DNA from: Histomonas meleagridis 2922-C6/04-290x
Taxonomy: Eukaryota; Protista; Parabasalia
DNA: 64,000 bases
Direction: 5' to 3'
Assembly (NCBI GenBank): GCA_020184695.1
Contig: JAANOX010000248.1
Coordinates: forward strand, 1-64,000
Part shown: one piece after another, positions 1-7,290 of the stretch
Layout: each line of letters begins with the position of its first letter
Position numbering within the stretch: the first letter of the stretch is position 1
Notes under the pieces: model-generated
What the model was told of the DNA's origin: nothing
The model's input: only the letters and a program-made list of their open reading frames with translations
Database searches by the model: none
Position numbers and translations under genes: made by a program

Positions 1-1
1 T

Positions 2-676
2 TTAGGCATTATTGATAGATTCATGCGAACAATAAGAGATATGAATACTCCAACGGAAAAATCTAAACATCAATCACATGATGAAAAAAACACATTTATT
101 ACTCCAGAAAGAATGAAAAAGTTTCTGAATATTTATAATAATACTTACCATTCAGCCATCGGTTGTTCTCCAAAAGAAATGTTTGATAATAAAGATTTAG
201 AAAAAGAATATATATTTAAATGTTTAGAATCTTCTGAAAAACAAAAATGTATTAAGAATTTAATTCTTCCTGTTGGCTCTTTTGTACGCTATATATTACC
301 GCGTCATAATGGCATAACTAAGAAAAGATTTCAAATCAGCCGTGAATGTTATAAAATTGATGAACGGAAAGGAAATATGTACGTTTTAATTGCTCAAGAC
401 GGAACAGTAATTACTAAACCAAGATACAAACTAATACCTATTGGTAAGAATAAACCAAATAATATTAAATGGGCGTCAACTATTCCTGGTAAATGGGTTG
501 GTTCTGTTGAGTCAATTTTGTCATTTAATCCTAAAACAAATAAGTATAAAGTACTTTTTACCGTTCCTGGGCAACGTTCATATCAAGATGAAATTCCTGC
601 TTCATTTCTCCGCGGTAATACTCCTCATAAACAGTCAGAAATTGAAAGAGAATTTTTTGAAAATAAACGGACATGA
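2..676 (+). CDS. Maverick/Polinton-type retroviral-like integrase, 3' part (ORF enters from outside the window)
   Basis: The frame is open from base 2: LGIIDRFMRTIRD is the helix carrying the third catalytic acidic residue. It is followed by YNNTYHSAIGCSP (integrase YN..HS.IG..P motif), an SH3-like segment, and a C-terminal chromodomain-like segment (VESILSF...KYKVLF). Confidence 0.75.
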   Translation, partial: LGIIDRFMRTIRDMNTPTEKSKHQSHDEKNTFITPERMKKFLNIYNNTYHSAIGCSPKEMFDNKDLEKEYIFKCLESSEKQKCIKNLILPVGSFVRYILPRHNGITKKRFQISRECYKIDERKGNMYVLIAQDGTVITKPRYKLIPIGKNKPNNIKWASTIPGKWVGSVESILSFNPKTNKYKVLFTVPGQRSYQDEIPASFLRGNTPHKQSEIEREFFENKRT

Positions 677-679
677 CAA

Positions 680-702
680 ACTAACTAACTAACTAACCTA
701 AC
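680..702 (+). repeat. (ACTA)n microsatellite just downstream of the integrase stop
   Basis: actaactaactaactaacctaac seen directly. Confidence 0.8.
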
Positions 703-832
703 AAAAAAAATTCGAGAAAGACTTTTCATAAATGGCAGTTTCTGGCAATCATCAATTTTCAACTTAGCGATTTGAGCTGAATTTTGCATGTTTACTGCTG
801 CTGCTAACGATTAATTGACCGAAGAATTTTTA

Positions 833-898
833 ATGCTACCTGATAACTTGATATACCAGGTAGTTACCAGGTAATATTGCGATTAGCTAAAGGAAATT
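833..898 (+). repeat. Left terminal inverted repeat (66 bp perfect core, iterated TACCAGGT/TACCTG motifs)
   Basis: ATGCTACCTGATAAC...GCTAAAGGAAATT; reverse-complement copies at 2379-2444 and 2604-2669. Confidence 0.95.
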
Positions 899-1039
899 CA
901 AAAATTGTTCTGTGAGTTTCTCCGTTCATGCGAAATCACTTGAAAATCAAGAGTTTGCAGCAGTAAATGCCAAAATGAAATTAAGATTAAATTTTAAAGT
1001 AGTTTTTTATTTTTTTAACAAGTATAAAAAGAAGCGAAC

Positions 1040-2283
1040 ATGAGCATTGTTAATTTTACATGCACAAAAGATCCAAAAACATGTATTGTTACTTATAAAA
1101 CCGAAGAACAAATTCAAAAATACATTGACGGCAAAATTAATAAATATGTTGCTGAGCATAAAGAAGAAGTAAAAAGAACTTATTATTTAAAGAAAGAACA
1201 CACGAAGGAAGATTATGATAAGATTTTAGATGAGATAGAATATAATATGCATCACATCCCGGAGAAATGGCTAAAACCTGAAAACGAATTTATAACTGAA
1301 GATATGATCAAAGAACAATATAAAAAAACAAGCTCAAGAAGAATATCAACTTGATTTAAATGACATGAAAAAAGCGAAAAACTTCCAGAAATTTTTAATT
1401 CAAGAAAGAAAGAAATTAGAAAAATATCCTCGTTGTAATCAAAACGTCATTGACAATTTGACAGAATACATAAACCAAACCGTTAATTATTACCATCAAG
1501 ATTTAATTGATGAGTATTTCGAATTGTTCGTAAATAAAGTCAAAAACATTTGTCCGAAGGATAAAGATTATTCCAAAACAATTGAAAGCGTTTATATAAA
1601 CAAGAATGGAAAGCGAGCGATGCAAATTCTTGATAAATTTTCACAAAAATTAATTAATGCTTTAACTACAATTACATTTACGGTAAAAAATAATAAAACT
1701 TCTGAATTTATGCTAATTGAAACAGTACTGAAAAATAAATTCAATAGATTAATTGATATTATGTATATGTTTATATCAAATTACATCAAAAAACAAATAG
1801 ACATTATTCCTGACGCTCATGAAATGTCGAATTCAAAATTAGTAAAAACATATGCTGAAACTTTAATGTTTCGTTTAAATGAATCACTCACAGAAAATCT
1901 TCCTGAACTTTTGAACGAAGAATTTAAGGAAAGAGTTAATTATCTCAAAGAAGATTTAATAGCAACTAAATCATTTGCCGGAGCATTAAATTATGAAGAT
2001 AAACAAAAACCAACGGATCCATTAGTTGAAGAGGTTGAGGAAGATATAGATAATAATTCAGTAATTGTAATTCAAGATTCAAAACCAACGTTTGAGAATT
2101 TCTTAAAAACTCTTCCGGAAAATAAAATTGAAGTAAAAGAATTATGCTCAATGTATAATAATTATTTTAACACTAACGTTTCAACAATAGGATTTGGAAA
2201 AATTGAAAAATGTAAAAGATAATTTAACAAAAATTATTACTGTATCAAGAAATAAGAAAACTACATATTATCAGAAGATTTAA
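1040..2283 (+). pseudogene. Orphan ~413-aa helical protein gene broken by two +1 frameshifts (joins track ORFs 1040..1354 and 1365..2222)
   Basis: Removing one A from the A7 run at 1322-1328 gives YKK-QAQEEYQLDLNDMKKAK, fusing the two ORFs. Removing one A at 2198-2202 gives GFGKLKNVKDNLTKIITVSRNKKTTYYQKI*, which stops at 2283 next to the right TIR. Confidence 0.7.
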
Positions 2284-2314
2284 GGCTTTTATTAAAGTTT
2301 ATTTTTGTCATTTA

Positions 2315-2675
2315 CTCCCGTAAACTCACGATTTTCACGTCATTTCACAAGATTTGAGAAACTCACATAACAATATTAAATTTCCTTTAGCTAATCGCAA
2401 TATTACCTGGTAACTACCTGGTATATCAAGTTATCAGGTAGCATAGAATTAACATCAAAATACTAAAATCCACATAGGATTAACATCAAAACACAACATT
2501 CGACATAGAATTTACAACTCATCCGTTATAGTTAGCAGCTCCCGTAAACTCACGATTTTTCACGTCATTTCACAAGATTTGAGAAACTCACATAACAATA
2601 TTAAATTTCCTTTAGCTAATCGCAATATTACCTGGTAACTACCTGGTATATCAAGTTATCAGGTAGCATAGAATT
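2315..2675 (+). repeat. Direct duplication of the right TIR (2315-2450 and 2539-2675) with short CATAG(A/G/T)ATT subrepeats between and after
   Basis: The two ~136-bp copies differ only by one T in a T-run. Confidence 0.95.
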
Positions 2676-2839
2676 TACAACTTTCCACATAGTATTAACA
2701 ACAACTCAGCCGGATTCATGCATCACACATTTAAAAAATAAATGTCATCATGAATTTAAATATATTTAATTACTTTCAATCAAAACCAACCGATTTATGA
2801 TAATTCAATCGCGTTTACACCGTTCATCCTTTAGTTTAT

Positions 2840-3385
2840 GTAGCGCGAGTGGGAGCGAGTGCGTAGCACGAAGCTCACATAGCGCTGTGTGTGTGTGGTA
2901 TTCAGGCGGAAAACGGTTTTCTTTTTGTGAAGTACAAAAATACGTTTTAGTCACAGGTTTAAGCATTTATAAAAATAAAGTTTGCCATGCGACCAAACAA
3001 TATAACCGTCGCTTTTTGACTACAAACCTCTAACCAAAGATAAATTGAATGAAATAAATGTCCGGCCAAACATAATGGGGGACAATTTGTGCTGGCTATA
3101 CGAGGTTTTTGATAGGTTTATGCGAAAAGTGGCATAAAAAGTGCTATCGTCCCTATGAAAAAGTTTCGCGTTCTCTCAAAATTGAATGCTCATTCAAATT
3201 TTCTATCGAATTGTATGGCTCACAAAAATCATTTTGATTTTTGTTGCGAGCGGAGCGAGCACACTCGAAGGATTGAAGGGGTCTGAGACCTTCGGAGGGG
3301 TCCGAAGGGCACCTCCGGGGGTCGAAGACCCCGGAAATCCCCCAGTGAAAAGTAAAGGTCGGGAATGATCACGTGATCACGTAAA
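2840..3385. other. GC-rich non-coding hairpin/palindrome cluster, probably a mobile-element terminus or origin region
   Basis: GAGC-GTGC-GTA-GCAC-GAA-GCTC at 2853-2876; GCGAGCGGAGCGAGC at 3246-3260; CCTTCGGA-GGGG-TCCGAAGG at 3289-3308; TCCGGGGGTC-GAA-GACCCCGGA at 3314-3335; palindrome TGATCACGTGATCA at 3366-3379. Confidence 0.55.
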
Positions 3386-3620
3386 GCAGTTGATAGTGCT
3401 CCTCACGCTGGCGCAGAAGTTATCATTCGATGGATGAAGAAGAATGGATTACAAATTGATTGAAAATATTTTCGTTGTGTAAAAATTAATTTTTCGATTT
3501 ATATAAATTTAAATTTATATTAGTATCTATTCCTGGTACTGAAATAACCGATAAGTTTTTAGGGGTTCAATTAAATTATGCTATTACTTATTAATAAAAA
3601 ATTTTCCCACTGTTATTTTT

Positions 3621-4267
3621 ATGTTTGATCCACATCGTATAGGACCTATTAGTGAATCATATTATTCACGCAATAAGGGACGTGTCTTACAACGTAAGTT
3701 GGTACCACCTATTAATCCTCCTCTTACTAAATATGATTTAGATCGTGCTTATGAAGTTCTTAAGAACAATGGCAGGATTCCTGATTATTCTATTCAAGAT
3801 ACCATTGTTAATTATCCTGGTGGTACTAGTACTAAAAGAGTTGCCTATGAAATTGGATCTACTATTAAGGTTAATATACCAATATTTTCTATTTCCATTT
3901 CAGATGTTCCAGGTTTTTATTCCTTTGACTAATTTTTTTCTTTAAATACTTCTACACCATTACCATCAATAGATGGTACTCATTATTATGTTTTAATTGT
4001 TATTGAACCCAATTCTCCTCTCAATCTAATTATACAGAGATATATGTTAATTATCTACATCAATCTTCACTTTCTAGATCAGGTACTTATTATTATTATT
4101 TATATGATTTTGGTACTACTTTTCCTTCACTTAATGATCGTACAGTTGGTTTTTTTACATCTGATAATTCTCTTGTATTTTATATTCGTGAAACTAATTT
4201 TGAAGTATCTGCACCAAGTGTTTTAATTGTTCCTAATTTTAATTATTCATTTAATTTACCATTGTAA
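3621..4267 (+). pseudogene. Putative capsid/structural protein (~214 aa), disrupted
   Basis: The ORF continues past an in-frame TAA (3930-3932) as FFSLNTSTPLPSIDGTHYYVLIVIEPNSP. It then shifts frame near 4020 to QSNYTEIYVNY...VPNFNYSFNLPL* (stop 4265-4267). Composition is Tyr/Phe/Val/Ser/Thr-rich and beta-like, the N-terminus is mildly basic, and it is convergent with Rep. Capsid identity is inferred, not recognised. Confidence 0.45.
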
Positions 4268-4309
4268 AATGTAAACCATTCAATTGATTTTTAGATATTT
4301 TCTTTTTAT

Positions 4310-4634
4310 CTATCGGTTTTTCTGGTTAATTTTATTTTTTTCTTTTCGACTCAGCACATAAGTGATAATAACAAAGTTTGTTCACTCTATGGGCAATTGA
4401 GAACTTTTTTCTTTTTTTCTTTTTCTTTAAACCAAGGTACCCCCTCCCCCAAAGAGAGCCCTAATGGCGAATGAGTGCATTTATCACAAACCTGCCGAAG
4501 CCCGACTCCGCGGAGCACTTTTTTTATAAAAGGGCGTAGACAGGTGATCAGTATAAAGTGTACTAGGGGTGGGGGTTAGGTTTAATTTTATTTTTCAAAA
4601 GACCGTTATTTGAGGACGTTTAAAAATAAAAATA
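4310..4634 (+). repeat. Common-region-like direct repeat, copy 1
   Basis: Aligns to 5932-6265. The core 4451-4575 vs 6078-6202 is 125 bp with one substitution. Confidence 0.95.
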
Positions 4635-4708
4635 ATTTTTGCTAGGCCTTCATCTTGCGGAGGACGTTAGTGGTACCTGAGCAAGATTATATTACCTAGC
4701 AAAAATTA
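4633..4708 (+). promoter_or_regulatory. Candidate rolling-circle origin stem-loop
   Basis: 14-bp arms TAATTTTTGCTAGG/CCTAGCAAAAATTA plus inner 7-bp arms ATCTTGC/GCAAGAT. The loop contains TAGTGGTAC (4668-4676; 7/9 match to TAGTATTAC). It is flanked by inverted GACCGTTAT/ATAACGGTC repeats. Confidence 0.5.
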
Positions 4709-5125
4709 CAAGAAATTGCTCATAACGGTCGCCCGATAACCTGAATTGAATACTTTATTTTCTATATTCAATTCATTTTGATCGTCAACCGTCACCAAAA
4801 AAAATTGCTCATAACGGTCTCCAATGACGGTTATTTTTCTATTTTGGGGTACCTTAAAAGCAATTTAAGGGTTATTCTTTTCAATATGTGTCAGGTACCT
4901 GGAAATTTATTTTTAGGTTGACTACATTAATTGTGTGTTTTTATATGTGTCATTTTATACTTTATTCTTATTTTATATTAGTAAATATGATGTTTTTCAC
5001 ATGACATGTCCTTTCTGTCACTTTTCTATTATATAATAATATTTCAATACTTTACATTTAGAAATTGTAATTTGATGTTTTTATTCTTATTTGTATCTCA
5101 GTTATTTAGGAAAAAATATCTTTGT

Positions 5126-5350
5126 TTAATTATTGTTTATTAGTACATATTGTATTTTTATTGCTTCCGTTATTTTTCCCTCTATTGTTAATTTTACAAC
5201 ATAATCGATTATTGCATCATCACAATTTGTGTCTGTATAGTCCACCCATCCTTCAGTTCCATCTTTCCATTGTATTTTAACCCTTGCTTCATATTCTTAT
5301 ATTATTATAAAGTTTAGTACTTGTTCTACTTCGTACTCTTTGTATTCCAT
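5126..5350 (-). pseudogene. Stand-alone chromodomain-like micro-protein (74 codons, one internal TAA at 5297-5299); absent from the ORF track
   Basis: Manual translation: MEYKEYEVEQVLNFIII*EYEARVKIQWKDGTEGWVDYTDTNCDDAIIDYVVKLTIEGKITEAIKIQYVLINNN*. This matches the chromodomain pattern YEVE.IL....VKW.....W.....NC...I..Y. An initiator-like TCATTTT lies just upstream of the ATG. Confidence 0.65.
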
Positions 5351-5585
5351 CTAATAAAATGACACTATTTTTCTCTTCTTTGGTCATTCGACTTTTTGAA
5401 ATATTTAAATTCTATAATTATACTTTTGTGGCAAAGTTATGATGTGTTCCATTCAATGTTATACTCCATTTGGCATCATATTATCTTATCCACTTTTTCA
5501 ATGATGATTATATTGTCACTTTTCTTGTAAACCATTCAATTGATATTAGTAAATATGATGTTTTTCACATGACATGTCCTTTTTG

Positions 5586-5781
5586 TCACTTTTTCATTTT
5601 CTTAATTGCCAATAGTAATTTAATTAAGACTGTTTGATTTTTTATATAACTTATTTCTCTTTAGTAAAGTATTCAAGGAATGGAATCAGTAAACAATCTA
5701 AGCTCTTACAATCGATGGTTTGACAGTTATTTTCACCTAGTTATTTGACATATCTTTTTTATTTTTAACGATAACTGACAT
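5586..5781 (-). pseudogene. Small decayed accessory ORF (~65 aa)
   Basis: MSVIVKNKKDMSNN / GENNCQTIDCKSLDCLLIPFLEYFTKE / KLYKNQTVLIKLLLAIKKMKK* across two frame changes. The stop falls in the repeated module B. Confidence 0.3.
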
Positions 5782-5931
5782 ATTTAAAATTTTTGAATTT
5801 ATTGTGACATTTGTAATTTTATTCAATTTTTATCGTACGTAGTTAAATTTGCTTTTTTTGATGTGTTTTTGACATTTTTTCAATTAATTTTTTTAATTTG
5901 ATGTTTAGTCAGTTGTAAAAACATTTCTTTT

Positions 5932-6265
5932 CTATCGGTTTTTTCGATATAACTTTTTTTCTTTTTGACTATGCACATGAGTGATAATAACAAAGTTTGT
6001 TCGCTCAATGGGCTATTAAATTTTCTATTTTAATTTTTCTTTATTTTATAAAATTAATCCCCCACCCCCTCCCCCCCAAAGAGAGCCCTAATGGCGAATG
6101 AGTGCATTTATCACAAACCTGCCGTAGCCCGACTCCGCGGAGCACTTTTTTTATAAAAGGGCGTAGACAGGTGATCAGTATAAAGTGTACTAGGGGTGGG
6201 GGTCAGGTTTAAATATTTTTAATTCAATTTCGACCGTTATTCGAGTACGTTTAAAAATAAAAATA
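5932..6265 (+). repeat. Common-region-like direct repeat, copy 2 (ends 30 bp from the Rep stop)
   Basis: Aligns to 4310-4634 and contains the 10-bp inverted pair CCCCCACCCC (6059-6068)/GGGGTGGGGG (6193-6202). Confidence 0.95.
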
Positions 6266-6294
6266 TTGGCTCTTTATTGAGTCAAATGAATTGA

Positions 6295-7290
6295 TTACTG
6301 GATCATTTCAAAAGTTACGTTAGACTGTAGGAATAAATCGTCAGTTGCCAATATTTGCACTTCTTTAAATCTACGTTTTAGAGCTTGAATATCTTCATCC
6401 GAAGCATTTTGGAAGCATTCATCAATACTGTGATTACTAGTTATAATTAGTCTAAATGTACCAGGATAAATTACCATAGATCCTCCTTTTATTTCACCCA
6501 AAAATGGATATCTGTCTGCCCAAATTTTTATATGCTGAGTTAATGCATCCCCTTTCCAAGGGAAGTCATCTATACAGACAATTTTATGATCATTCAATAT
6601 ATAACCGTCCCACCACTTATTAAATGCCTTAGGGTATATTTCTAGTGGTGAAACTTGGTGGACCCATTTAGATTTTCCAATTCCTGCTTTACCAAAAATC
6701 CATAAATTTTTTATTTGTAAATCTCCGTTATAAGTTCCTCTAGTTGCAACATTTCTTAACATTGAATCTCTTCTAACTGATAGAATTTGATTTCGATGAA
6801 GAATCATTTGTTTAGGATATTTAGCATCTAATTCTTCAATTGACAATTCCTTTATATCTTTCATCATTTGCCCATAAAAATCATCTTCTCCTAATCTTTT
6901 TTCAACTGTTGCAGGTAATTTACCATCTTCAAAATAATTATTTTCCTTTCTACAATAACGAATATTAGAATCCTCTGTACCCTTTGCAACTTCTAGATAA
7001 AAATTATTAAAACCTAATTTAGCGTATATTGATTGTTTTCTCATTCTCTTTTTTAAATGGAAATAACATTGAAGGTGTGGAGTTTGAGTAGTTGGTGCAA
7101 TTTCCTTTCCTACTATTCCATATCTGCACCACATTGTTATAAATATCTTGACACTGTTATACTGATCATCAGAATAATTGTTAATAGTTGCAATCCATCT
7201 TTGAGCTTCTGGGTTAACCTGATTAATTTGTAACTCACCAATATCTCTTCTCCTGACTGCTTCTAGTGCTTCAACACTTCTTTTAGCCAT
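6295..7290 (-). CDS. rep: CRESS-DNA virus replication-associated protein (HUH endonuclease + SF3 helicase)
   Basis: RCR motif I ATINN, motif II PHLQCY, motif III YCRK, Walker A GKAGIGKS, KWWDGY, Walker B IDDF, motif C ITSN and arginine finger ALKRRF are all in order. Confidence 0.95.
   Translation of the reverse strand: MAKRSVEALEAVRRRDIGELQINQVNPEAQRWIATINNYSDDQYNSVKIFITMWCRYGIVGKEIAPTTQTPHLQCYFHLKKRMRKQSIYAKLGFNNFYLEVAKGTEDSNIRYCRKENNYFEDGKLPATVEKRLGEDDFYGQMMKDIKELSIEELDAKYPKQMILHRNQILSVRRDSMLRNVATRGTYNGDLQIKNLWIFGKAGIGKSKWVHQVSPLEIYPKAFNKWWDGYILNDHKIVCIDDFPWKGDALTQHIKIWADRYPFLGEIKGGSMVIYPGTFRLIITSNHSIDECFQNASDEDIQALKRRFKEVQILATDDLFLQSNVTFEMIQ

Larger units (their letters stand above)
833..2444. 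mobile_element. TIR-bounded element (~1.6 kb) with one orphan gene; superfamily unassigned
   Basis: 833-898 is the exact reverse complement of 2379-2444 (66 bp). Imperfect inverted similarity continues ~80 bp inward. The repeats enclose a single reconstructed ORF. Confidence 0.7.

Noticed and set aside
680-702. (ACTA)n as a telomere or intron branch-point signal
   Set aside because: Too short, internal, and lacks the trichomonad ACTAACACACAG 3' splice motif. No such intron motif was noticed anywhere in the window.
823-2679. Possible 10-bp target-site duplication AGAATTTTTA / AGAATTTACA around the TIR element
   Set aside because: Only 8/10 match, and the right-hand sequence is part of a local CATAGAATT subrepeat family, so it is not independent evidence
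2690-2699. TAGTATTAAC resembling the canonical CRESS nonanucleotide
   Set aside because: It has an extra A, no flanking stem, and lies within the subrepeat array outside the cassette
2797-3368. Track ORFs 2797..3033 and 3186..3368
   Set aside because: They run through GC-rich hairpin DNA and have no protein-like features
6295-7290. Helitron or Replitron assignment for the Rep
   Set aside because: It has an SF3 helicase fused to the HUH domain. Helitrons use a PIF1-like SF1 helicase and Replitrons lack a helicase.
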